A stretch of DNA of 64,000 bases from Candidatus Dormiibacterota bacterium. Lineage in GTDB: Bacteria > Chloroflexota > Dormibacteria > Aeolococcales > Aeolococcaceae. The notes beneath the pieces were generated by a model that was not told the DNA's origin, did no database searches, and saw nothing but the letters and a program-made list of their open reading frames with translations. Positions 21,501 to 30,550 of this stretch are shown one piece after another. Position 1 is the first letter of the stretch; each line of letters opens with the position of its first letter. The position numbers and the translations under genes are program-made. The stretch is taken from positions 256,001 to 320,000 of the forward strand of contig CAVPXI010000007.1 of NCBI GenBank assembly GCA_963709585.1, in the 5' to 3' direction.

Positions 21501-22803
21501 GCAGGGATCGCGGGAGCGGGCGCAGTTGCTGTTCAAGCTCGGCCAGACACTGGACATCTCCGGGGATCCCCAGCCCGAACTCCTTGCCGCGGCCTGCGAG
21601 GAATTGGAGGCAGTCGGCGACACCGAAACAGCTGCCGAGGCTGAGGCGACCCTCGCCGATTTGCATTGGCATCGAGGGGACACCGATCGCTCCGCCGAAC
21701 ACATAAGCCGCGCCCGCGAGCTGGTGGATGGGCGGGAGCCGTCACGCGCAACTGCGTCGGTCATGAGCAGTATCTCGAGGCGCCTGCTGATGGCTGGTGA
21801 GAGTGCTGAAGCGATCCGCTTCGGTCGGGAGGCACTGGGTTTTGCGGAAAAGCTTGCTATAGACGAATTGCGCGCGCGCGCCCTGAACTACATCGGCGCC
21901 TCAAGGCTGGACAGCGGCGACCGCGGTGGCTTCGGGGACCTTGAGCAGAGCCTTGCGATTGCGGTGGAGGCGAATGTTCCGACCGCGATCTGCGCGGCGC
22001 AGATGAACCTCACTACGGCGCTTTTTCTTGACGGTCAACTCGAGCGTTCGGCCGCCTTAGTGCAGGCGGCGACCGAGACGGCTTCCCGATACGGTCTGAT
22101 CAGAGACCTGCTCTGGATACGCGGGGGGGAGGCTGCTGACGCCTTTTACCGCGGTGATTGGGACGGGGCACTGGCTCTGGATAACGAGTTCATCACCGGG
22201 ATCGAGTCCGGTTCGCCGCACTACTACGCCGCGTGTTGGTATTCCACGCGAGCTCAGATCCGGCTTGGACGCGTTGACGATCTGGGAGCACTCGGGGATG
22301 CCGAGTCCGCGCTAGGGTTCGCCCGTCTGACTAAGGACCCCCAGATACTTTTCCCGGCGCTGTCGGTGTGCGCGAACATATTCCGCGAAACGGGCGACGC
22401 CGAACGATCGGCCGGGCTTGCCGATGAACTACTCGCGCATTTGCGAGTCGGAACAGGGACCATCCCGGCCGTTTGGCCCTTCCACATCCTCGCTTGGACG
22501 CTGTACGCCCTGGGACGAGGAGAGGAGTTGATCGCCAATCTCCCGCAGTCGGATGTGCCCTGGGTGCGTGCAGCACTCGCGTTTAGTGGCGGCGACATGC
22601 GCCGGTCCGCGGACATTTGTGGCGAGATGGGCGCAGCCTCCGAGGAGGCGCACGACCGGCTCTGGCTCGCAGCGTCGCTGATCGAGCAGAACCGTCGCGC
22701 CGACGCGGACATTCAGCTGCAGCGGGCCCTCGCCTTCTACCGCTCGGTAGGCGCGACCCGCTACATCCGCGAAGCAGAGCGTCTGCTCACTGCGTGCGGC
22801 TAA
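18595..22803 (+). CDS. Ser/Thr kinase - cyclase-like - AAA/STAND ATPase - TPR multidomain protein
   Basis: Kinase GRGGFG/VAIK/HQDVKPEN/DFG; cyclase-like ERKVITVLCAE..GDSVMALFG..HEDDPERAV; Walker A GVPGIGKS, Walker B LVFEDLHWAD, GNP; helical repeats at the C-terminus. Confidence 0.9.
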   Translation: MSDEGLQLGLEGFAHASELGRGGFGVVYKAWETALRRWVAIKVLDIGRLNGSARERFTHELQAAARVSTHPNIVTIYGQGFDVAERPCIIMEWMAKGALQSPEVAAHPWPWQRAAETGVKLCGALQAVHRSGIVHQDVKPENVFLSEYDEPAIGDFGASVIQSVRSTDYAHRYLTIAHAAPELLSGADPDPRMDIYALASSLVALLRGFPPFSNASGDTPALIIERIRNSEPPDLRPLGVPDPLCTTLERALAKNPGNRPQTAGEFGEALRSAQQAVGLSPTPIVVSNLPLEAHTAPKTTTYEMIRRHSLDSSPRAAKPIATTPAAREERKVITVLCAELGRFRAGDALDPEDMRALLAPALARLRVDLERFGGTVASVVGDSVMALFGVPISHEDDPERAVRAALAIREWVLEDDVLQLIIAINTDEALVSFSPGSTDREAVAEGEVITATARLQAAAPDNHVLVGETTYRATSQVITYGGVGSLAVKGKAEPLRVWEPLGARSRFGVDLTSALRSPLVGRTHELGVLADALERVRLECSPRLITLVGVPGIGKSRMVAELFRTIDDNPNEIVYWRQGRSLPYGDGVTFWALGEMVKAQTGILETDSQDAAEDKLRTSVAELIHDVTDAPWVEGHLRPLVGLGSGAAVGSDRRDEAFAAWRRFFERLAELRPLVLVFEDLHWADDNLLDFVEYLVEWTIGVPILIVCTARPELFERRETWAGGTRHATTLSLSPLSDEETARLISNLSERPVMAAATQRALLSRAGGNPLYAEQYIRMLAERGEAEEFSLPETVQGIISARLDALPAEEKALLQSAAVIGKVFWLGAVARASGMDRRAAELLLHALERKDFLQRARRSSVADEAEYTFLHVLVRDVAYGRIPRGARAEEHRLAAEWIGSLGRAEDHAEMLAHHYLSAIELWRAASQPIDPVVGEQALASVSESGDRAMSLSAYSSAVGFYQSALELAAQGSRERAQLLFKLGQTLDISGDPQPELLAAACEELEAVGDTETAAEAEATLADLHWHRGDTDRSAEHISRARELVDGREPSRATASVMSSISRRLLMAGESAEAIRFGREALGFAEKLAIDELRARALNYIGASRLDSGDRGGFGDLEQSLAIAVEANVPTAICAAQMNLTTALFLDGQLERSAALVQAATETASRYGLIRDLLWIRGGEAADAFYRGDWDGALALDNEFITGIESGSPHYYAACWYSTRAQIRLGRVDDLGALGDAESALGFARLTKDPQILFPALSVCANIFRETGDAERSAGLADELLAHLRVGTGTIPAVWPFHILAWTLYALGRGEELIANLPQSDVPWVRAALAFSGGDMRRSADICGEMGAASEEAHDRLWLAASLIEQNRRADADIQLQRALAFYRSVGATRYIREAERLLTACG

Positions 22804-22851
22804 GCAGGCTCTAGTGCATGGGGCCGCCGCATATTGGAGCGGAAACTGATC

Positions 22852-23781
22852 ATGACCGGGAGCACCTTCCTCGAGATCCGATCGGGTAACGATTCTGAAA
22901 TCGTTCCACTAGCCGAAGACAACATCACCATCGGGCGTGCCTTGGGCAACGGTTTGACCATCGACGACCCCGGTGTGTCGCGGCTTCATGCGCGCATACA
23001 AAGGCTACAGTCGGGGTGGAGTGTCAGCGACCTTGGAAGCCGCAACGGGACCCACGTGAACGGACAACCCTTGTCTCGTCCGGCGGTTCTCCACGACTGC
23101 GATGAAATACAGATCGGAGGCACCACAATCCGTTTCCGAGAGACTACTGCAAGCCCCATCGCCATCACTCTACCTCTGTCGTCGAGGGCTGTTCATGACC
23201 AAGCCGCGGCCAATACCTTCGTGCGGGGGGGCGAATTCTGGTCACTGACCTACGGCGGTGTGGTTGCGCGCCTCAGGGACAGCAAGGGGCTGCGGGACAT
23301 CGCTCGGCTCCTCGGGACGCCAGCGAGGGAGGTGGCCGCGGTGGATCTTGCGGGGGGAAATCTTGTTGACATCGCGAGGCGGCCGGCGACGGTCGGAGAG
23401 CTTGAACTCGGGGTGGAAGGCGACGTAGGAGAGGCGCTCGACGCTGAGGCGAGAGCGCAGTATCGGACTCGCCTGTTCGATCTCGAGGAGGAGATCGCCG
23501 ACGCAGAGGCGAACAACGATCCGGAGCGAGCCAGCCGCGCGCGCGATGAGCGAGAGTTCCTGCTCGGCGAGCTCGGGACCGCGGTAGGTTTGGGCGGCCA
23601 CGCTCGACGGATGCTCGATCCTGCGGAACGGGCGCGCAAGGCAGTCACTGGACGGATCCGGGATGCGATCGGGCACATCGAGACGGCCCATCCGGAGTTG
23701 GGGCGGCACCTGCGCCGTTCGATCCGTACAGGCAGCTTCTGCGTCTACGACCCGCCCGAACCGACGGACTGGCAGCTATAG
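22852..23781 (+). CDS. FHA-domain protein with uncharacterised C-terminal regulatory domain
   Basis: FHA IGR..VSRLHA..DLGSRNGTHVNG; the C-terminal domain is shared with 29306..30442. Confidence 0.85.
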   Translation: MTGSTFLEIRSGNDSEIVPLAEDNITIGRALGNGLTIDDPGVSRLHARIQRLQSGWSVSDLGSRNGTHVNGQPLSRPAVLHDCDEIQIGGTTIRFRETTASPIAITLPLSSRAVHDQAAANTFVRGGEFWSLTYGGVVARLRDSKGLRDIARLLGTPAREVAAVDLAGGNLVDIARRPATVGELELGVEGDVGEALDAEARAQYRTRLFDLEEEIADAEANNDPERASRARDEREFLLGELGTAVGLGGHARRMLDPAERARKAVTGRIRDAIGHIETAHPELGRHLRRSIRTGSFCVYDPPEPTDWQL

Positions 23782-23892
23782 CCGCGGCGCCAGGGAAGGT
23801 GCCAGACCCGATCTGTCAGTGCTACCTGCGTTCTGGCGCCGTACTCGATGAAGGTCGCTCGCCAGGGCGATCACCTCGAAGAGGAGCGAGTA

Positions 23893-24108
23893 ATGGCCAC
23901 CACGAGCGCCGATCAGGAACAGACCGAATTGTCGGAAGCCGAGTTCGACGCGACGAACATGGCGGGATCCAACATTGACGAACTTGAGCGTGCCGCGATG
24001 GCGCGATACCGGAATTTGCAGGCTCTGTGGGAGACAGTCAGGCAGGCGGCCCGATGTGCGGACGCTCTAGCTCGGCTTGACGCCGCGCTCGCACGCCAAG
24101 CCGGATAG
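23893..24108 (+). CDS. hypothetical small protein
   Basis: GAGGAG SD upstream; helical acidic ORF; no recognised motif. Confidence 0.4.
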   Translation: MATTSADQEQTELSEAEFDATNMAGSNIDELERAAMARYRNLQALWETVRQAARCADALARLDAALARQAG

Positions 24109-24240
24109 CGCGAAGCCGATTGTGACGTGCGCTGCCGGGCGCGCCGCGTCGCACTAAAGGTGTACGCGTGGGGTTGCGGCTCTGGCTTCCGCAGTTGACG
24201 TACGCTCGCTTAGTGACAGAGATTACGTCAGACTGACTGG

Positions 24241-25072
24241 ATGCGCATCATGTCCCTCGTTTGGGCGACGGATCTCGACGTGTTGCCAGCTGACCGTGTC
24301 GTTGAGCGGCGGGATGCGTATGTGCTGGTGCGGTCACCGAGCAATCCGGGTCATTACTGGGGCAATCTGTTGCTGTTTGAGGATCCGCCGGGCGCCGGAG
24401 ATGGTTCGCGGTGGGAACAGCGCTTTGATGCCGAGTTCGCTGCCGAGCCGCAGGTGCAGCATCGCACGTTTGCGTGGGACCGACTTGACGGGAGCTCGGG
24501 CTCCGTGGATGAGGAATTCGTCGGGCGCGGCTATGAGCTTGAGCAGACCGTTGGTTTGGTCGCATCCCTCAACGCCGTTCGGGCCCACCGCCGCGAGAGC
24601 AGGGACGTGCGGGTGCGGGCACTCGATCCCACTCGCGGCGCGGACCAGGGCCTTTGGGAGCAGGTTGTGGAGCTGCAGCTGGGTGGCCGCGACGAGCGTG
24701 AAAATAAAGCCAGCTATGAGACTTTCTGCCGGAGCCGGTTGGAGGAATTGCGAACGCTGTTTCGGCTCGGCCGAGGAAGTTGGTATGTCGCGCTGGACGC
24801 GAACGCTGACAAGGTTGTCGCGAGCTGCGCGATCGTCGTTACGAGCGGCCGGGGGCAGATTTCAATCCGTCGACACCGCAGCAGCGCACCGACGACGCGG
24901 CATTTGCTCTCGCCTCGTTGTTGAGGCGGCACGTCACGCCGCCCGTCAATGGCGCGCCGAACAATTTGTGATCGCCGCCGACCCCAGCTATCACGCCCTC
25001 GGCCTCTACGAATCACTCGGCTTTCGGCAGCAGGAACGAGTGTGTGGCGTCTACTGGCGTCCGTCCCACTGA
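24241..25072 (+). pseudogene. GNAT acetyltransferase, +1 frameshift in G-run at ~24851
   Basis: N-part SPSNPGHYWGN; C-part RFQSVDTAAAHRRRGI..ALGLYESLGF in another frame. Confidence 0.78.
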
Positions 25073-25554
25073 GCCCTTGGCCAATAGGCGCGCTCCAGGA
25101 AGCCGCGCTTCGGCAAGATCGATTTCGTCAGGGCCTTGCTCCCCAGGTGGGGGATGTAACGACGGATCGGTGCGATCCGGCCTTGGGCGGATCGTTGCTG
25201 GTGTGCCGGGTACGTGGATCCGTGCGCTCTGTGGATGGAGGATGCCGCTGGCTGAACTGACAGCGACCGTGGGGTTGTAGGCGGTTCCTTGTCTTCGGAC
25301 AAGCCGTTCTGACGTCCGACCGGTGAGATAGTGATAGGGGCATCGCGATGCGCGGATGCTTACGGGCGGCCCAACGCGGCGTTGTTCCGGTACATCTGAC
25401 GGCCATCGAGGGCGACCACGGCTGACTCGCAATACAGTGGGGCTCGGTTCGGAGGCCAGTTGTCCGTAGACGCGCCCGCCCCGAGTGCTAGTCGGTACGA
25501 CCAGCCGTCATGCCGAACGGCGCTGTGCTAACGCGCACCGGCCGAGCAAGGCGA

Positions 25555-25900
25555 TCACATGGCGCGCAAGGGAGCCACAACCACAGCGCCGTAGTGCTTG
25601 GCACAAGGCTTTGAGCCATTCAGCCGATCCAAGAGAAGTGCGGCTTGCTCGCCATTGAGGACCTGCATCTCCGTGCGTTGCACACTTGGCGGAGCTACCG
25701 CATCAGCGGGGTTCGTCGCGATGAGCTGCCAACGAACCGCGTGTGCGCGGGCCTCACGGAGAAAACTGTGGTGATGCAGCACAGTCCGGCGGGAGAGTCC
25801 ACCAGCGCCGCGCTTTCGTCCCCCTGCGAGCCACTGCCTCTCTCCAGAGAGACTGTGCGCCGGACGGAATTGATCTAGCCGGATCGAGCCGAGAGTCACG
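25555..25900 (-). pseudogene. tyrosine integrase N-terminal/core-binding fragment
   Basis: LGSIRLDQFRPAH..GLSRRTV..H..LR..AVRWQLIATNPADAVAPP..MQVL, typical of ICE/phage integrases. The catalytic domain is absent here. Confidence 0.7.
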
Positions 25901-26329
25901 ACGAGACGATCTCGGACGATTCCCTCATCTTCACGGATGGCAACCCTAGCGGCACGGTAAGCGACGTCGTCGCCAGCATCAACTGGGGGACGGCAGCGCG
26001 CCAACCTATAGGAAGCGTCACCGGACCATCCGGAGGGGGCCGTTCACAGTCTCTGGCGCCGACGCGTGTCCGTCAACGCGCAGTTCAACGCGTATACCGT
26101 ACAAGCGTCCATCGGTGACGACGGGGGAGTACCGCCGCAGCTGGGACCGGTTGTCCAGTCATCGTTGGTAATGGTGCCTTCGTCATCGGTAGCACGTCAG
26201 ACAGCATCGGGTCTTATCGCTTGTGCTGCACTGCACCGTTAACTCGCAAGAAATCCACAAGACTCGAAGCGCACGTTTCACGGACTGCCGCTTCGGCAAA
26301 CGCGCGATCAGCTCGGCAACGCGCGCCAA

Positions 26330-26363
26330 AGGGCCCTCACCTGATCCAATCGGTGAGGGCCCT
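26330..26363 (-). terminator. intrinsic terminator-like hairpin after 26376..27110
   Basis: 12-bp stem AGGGCCCTCACC/GGTGAGGGCCCT followed by a short T run on the minus strand. Confidence 0.6.
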
Positions 26364-26375
26364 GGCGACCTCCTA

Positions 26376-27110
26376 TTAGCAGCAGGAGCCGTAATAATGT
26401 GTGATGCCGTTGGCGTAGACGTCGAAGCGGACGTAGCCCCATGCCTTGTAGAACGGGGTCGTGTATGGAGACACCCAGAAGTTTACGCCAGCCATCGCTG
26501 GATTCCCGTTCCAGTAGCCGCACCAGCCCCCTTGGTCGTAGCCCCCGAAGTACGCCCCGGCGTGGAAGGGACAATCGGGACCCCAGTTCTTCCACACGGA
26601 CGAGTTGTTGCTACAGAACCCAACATTGAGTGACTGCACGCCAGCGAGCGACGTGCCTGAGAAGACGTACCAGTTCGTCCAGAAACCCCGGCACCCGGAC
26701 CACGCCGCAGCGTGCACTGGGGCGCCGGGGATGCTGAGATTTGACGATGCAGGTGTCGGCGTCAGCTGACGGTCGTGTGTCGTCCGCTCGACGGCAAGTA
26801 TGCGCACGTACCCGGCGCTGTTGTTGGCCGCGACCACGAAGTCCCCGGGACGGTCGATGACACCCGAAGTGACCACCACGGCGTTCGGCCAGTCGCGGTG
26901 TGCACGAGCCAGCACCGTCGCCGACATCGCGGTAGCCAGGTGGGCGCTAGCCGGGACCGGCTTACCGTGAGCAACGAACGTGGCGGGCTGGGTGCCGACA
27001 GCTTCCGCGTTGACCAGAGCGAGACTTCCTACAGACAGCATCGCTCCCAGGGCGAGGCGACGCGCGGATCTGAAGACCAGCGCACCCCTGCGCTTATGCG
27101 TCGAGAACAT
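26376..27110 (-). CDS. secreted hypothetical protein with Cys/Trp-rich C-terminal domain
   Basis: Basic N-terminus, hydrophobic signal peptide (AEA cleavage-like), GGAGG SD, downstream terminator. Confidence 0.65.
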   Translation of the reverse strand: MFSTHKRRGALVFRSARRLALGAMLSVGSLALVNAEAVGTQPATFVAHGKPVPASAHLATAMSATVLARAHRDWPNAVVVTSGVIDRPGDFVVAANNSAGYVRILAVERTTHDRQLTPTPASSNLSIPGAPVHAAAWSGCRGFWTNWYVFSGTSLAGVQSLNVGFCSNNSSVWKNWGPDCPFHAGAYFGGYDQGGWCGYWNGNPAMAGVNFWVSPYTTPFYKAWGYVRFDVYANGITHYYGSCC

Positions 27111-28286
27111 AGATCTACCTCCGAGGAGGATCCGACCATCTTAAGGTCAGTCGATCCTCGTTGATAGCTGCGCTAGAAACCATCTCGCATCGTCAGAAAC
27201 GCTCTGGCGATTTCCGCGCTCGCGTTGCCAGAATCGGTCTGGCACTATTTACGACCGTGCCGCCACGGTTTCGGCTGGTGTCCTTGGAACCGCTCAAATC
27301 CTTCTAGCCGTGCCATCATGCCCAACTCGCCTATCCTGTTCTGTGCTGTTGATGCACGGCTGGTCAGTCTTGAGGCCAGAGTAGCAGTTCCTTCGAGGCG
27401 TAACCGTGCTCGGCGCAATACGGACGTAGAGGCGTCGCCAGCGGGGAGGCTACGATCCCCCGGTGGCCCTGGGGGAGGGTCGGGCGCTTTCGTGGCGGAG
27501 GAGATCGGCCTGATGGACGGAACTAGGCATGGGTATAGCCAGTCCCGCGAAGGGTAGTGGGAATACCATCGAGGTCCGCGAGTGTCGACGTGCTGAAGTG
27601 ACGGTACGGCCCAAACCCGGCCCGAGCAATCCTCCGCCCGGGTGAACAGCCGAAACGTCCGCTCCACGCTCAACGCGAGTTACCGCTCGCTCACCGGAGC
27701 TTGATCTCCACGCCAGGCTACCGAGTGTGAGCGCCCCGTTGATCGGGCCACCTACTCACTCGTCATCGGTCCACACCCTTGCAAGCCCCGATCGCCTGGC
27801 GGGGCAGCCGCTGCCTCGCGGCGGTTGACCATTCCTCTTACATCAAACGGTCGATTGGTGGTAGTTGTTGCCACGCTGACGACGACCTCCGATCAGAGCG
27901 ACACGTAGGCTCGGGGGCGTCGCCGGGACGACGAGTGGACACGAGGCGCGCCGCATCCGCGTCGCCGGCTCGCATCACCTAATGCCACATTAGCCACTCC
28001 TACTCACACCTCCGATTCCTGGATTCTGAACTCCTTAGCAGCGACTGAGCGAATCCTTTCCGATGACATCAGCGAGTAATTGGTTTGACTAGCGTGCCGA
28101 CCGCCGAGCATGCGGCCGCATGCTCAACCACGCGCTCTCGGGCCAATAGACGAACTAGTGGTGCGTCGCGGAGTTGATCTGGTGGAGTGCCCGGCGCGTG
28201 TCGGGTGGCGGTCGTCAGCGAGGACGTGGTTACAGGGCGCCCAGGTGCAACGGCGTGCCTCTTTGGGAGACTTGCGCTCTAGACGT

Positions 28287-28760
28287 TCAAGGCAGCTCGA
28301 GAATGGTCTCCTCGATCTCGACGGCCCGTCCCGGGGCAAAGGACACCTCCGTACCGATCGGGTGGAAGCCCGCCTTCTGAAGGACTCGTAGCGACCCAGC
28401 GTTGTCGCTCGCGGCACGGGCTCGGATCGGCCGAACCGAGATCTCCTCGAGGAGCAGGCCGAGCGCCCGGGTTGCAATCCCTTGCCCCCAGCAAGTGCGA
28501 TCTATCCAATAGGTGACCTCGGTCGCTCCGTCCGAGACGTAGCTCGCGATGGTGCCGACGAGTCGAGAATCGCAGATGATGGCCCGAAGCCTGTTCTCAG
28601 AGGAGGACATGACCTTCGCCATATGGGCGTCGAAGGCGCTTCGATCGTTCGGGTCCTCAGGTGTGAATGCCGCCATGCGTACTGAGTCCGGATCGCGCAT
28701 CTGCTCGAAGATCGCGTCGAGATCCCTTACTTCTACCGGACGAAGTGCAAACTGCGACAT
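28287..28760 (-). CDS. GNAT family N-acetyltransferase (RimJ/RimL-like)
   Basis: EVTYWI..WGQGIAT..DNAGSLRVLQKAGF; AGGAGG SD. Confidence 0.88.
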   Translation of the reverse strand: MSQFALRPVEVRDLDAIFEQMRDPDSVRMAAFTPEDPNDRSAFDAHMAKVMSSSENRLRAIICDSRLVGTIASYVSDGATEVTYWIDRTCWGQGIATRALGLLLEEISVRPIRARAASDNAGSLRVLQKAGFHPIGTEVSFAPGRAVEIEETILELP

Positions 28761-29305
28761 GCGGACGGTCCTCCTGGTTCCAGCAGCGTTCTGACAACCA
28801 ATCTCCGGACGCGACAAATTTGCTGCGGTGGTGCATCCGTTAGCATACCCGCCGCGGCACTGCGGGAAGGGATCAGCAGGTGGTCAGACTGAGACAGCTC
28901 CACGGCTTGGATCATCGCTCACCACTGTGAACTCATCCCCCTCAGACACAGCTGATGAGAAGGTATCCGTTCTAGTGGCGCCGGATGTTGGCGGTTCGCC
29001 TTCATCCATATCCGCTGACTCCCTATCCTCGATCATGAGCATCGAGTGATTTCGGCTCTCGCCAAACTCGAAACGCCTCATCCGTCGGCAGGTTATGATC
29101 GGGGAGAATCTGAGGAGGGCCATGTGTACAGGTCGTCGTCAGTCGATCGAACTGCCGGTCCCCAACGCTGCCTCGGGTCCCGAAGTACTCTTGGCTCACG
29201 ACAAGCAACCGACTCAGCCACCTGAGGTGGGCATCACCGCCTCCTGGCTGACGTCGTCTCCCAACCAAATGCTTGGGTTTTGCTACTGCGGAGGTAAACC
29301 GCAGC

Positions 29306-30442
29306 GTGGATCATAGAGCTCGACTCCTTGTCGTCGACGACACACCGGAGAACGCGCAGCTCCTCGAGGCTATTCTGTCCCCGCATGGATACTCGGTAGC
29401 TCTAGCCTCTTCCGGCGTCGACGGTCTCGAGAAAGTCCGCACCGGCGAACCTGACGTCGTCCTCCTCGACATTCTGATGCCGGATATCAGCGGCTACGAA
29501 GTCTGTCGCCGAATCCGCGCCAATCCCTCGACCCGACTGCTCCCTGTGGTGATGATGACCTCGAGTCGCGACCAGGACAAGGTCGATTCCATCGAGGCCG
29601 GGGCCGACGACTTCATCGCTCGACCGTTCGATCCACGGGAGCTGCTCAGCCGGGTACGGTCGCTGTTGCGCATCAAGGAATATCAGGATGCCGTCCAGGC
29701 TCAAGCCGCGCAGCTCGCCGAGTGGAACCTGACCCTCGAGCAACACTTTCAGAGGCAGCTGGAACAGCTCGAGGAACTCGATCGTCTGCGCCGCGTCTTC
29801 TCGCCGCCTATACAACCGATTCGTCCCGTCCGATATGTCCCAGGCGCGCATCAGGGCTCTGAACTGGAGGGGAGGTTCCGGCGGGAAGGCGAATACTGGA
29901 CCGTCGAGTACGAAGGGCGGGTCGTGCGCCTGCGCGACGGCAAAGGCATGCGCGTTCTTGCTCGGCTGCTCGCTGATCCGGGACGCCCGTTTGCCGCGCT
30001 GGATCTCGAGCGCCTCGGCCTACCAGCGGACACATCTACAGCCCGTGCGATTGCGGCGAGCAATGCCGGCGAACTTCTCGATGACGATGCGCGTCGAGCC
30101 TACCGGGTGCGTGTTGCGGAGTTGGGGGAGCAAATCGAGGCAGCGGAGACCGAAGGCAAGTCAGATGAGGCGGGTCTCATGCGCGAGGAGATGGAGTTCA
30201 TCATCCATGAGCTCAGCCGAGCCTTCGGTCTTGGGGGACGATCGCGCCGCGCGGGATCGATCGCCGAGCGGGCGCGCCTGAATGTGATGCGCGCAGTGAG
30301 GTCGGGGATGGAGCGCATTTCCCTTGCCGACGCTGGATTGGGAGCTCATTTCAAAGCGACGATCCACACGGGCACCGTGTGCGTATACACGCCAGATCCG
30401 CGGGCGCTTATTGCCTGGGATGTGACGGGCGGAGCCGGCTAG
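29306..30442 (+). CDS. response regulator (REC) with uncharacterised C-terminal domain
   Basis: LVVDD, LLDILMP, GADDFIARPF; the C-terminal domain is homologous to that of the FHA protein. Confidence 0.85.
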   Translation: MDHRARLLVVDDTPENAQLLEAILSPHGYSVALASSGVDGLEKVRTGEPDVVLLDILMPDISGYEVCRRIRANPSTRLLPVVMMTSSRDQDKVDSIEAGADDFIARPFDPRELLSRVRSLLRIKEYQDAVQAQAAQLAEWNLTLEQHFQRQLEQLEELDRLRRVFSPPIQPIRPVRYVPGAHQGSELEGRFRREGEYWTVEYEGRVVRLRDGKGMRVLARLLADPGRPFAALDLERLGLPADTSTARAIAASNAGELLDDDARRAYRVRVAELGEQIEAAETEGKSDEAGLMREEMEFIIHELSRAFGLGGRSRRAGSIAERARLNVMRAVRSGMERISLADAGLGAHFKATIHTGTVCVYTPDPRALIAWDVTGGAG

Positions 30443-30550
30443 CGCGATTGAACATCCGTTCACCCCAAGTGAACGCACGATATGCGAAGCCGTATCGGCG
30501 GCCGAGCGCTCGTGGGGTGGGTCCCTGGGACCACGCACGGAGGTGGTGAC

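Noticed and set aside
25930-26200. PKD/Ig-like domain remnant (SINWGDGS...FTVSG...DDGG) on the plus strand
   Set aside because: Recognisable only as short pieces across several frames; too degraded to call.
27420-27560. Possible ECF sigma region 4 remnant (EEIGLMDG..)
   Set aside because: Similarity too weak and fragmentary.
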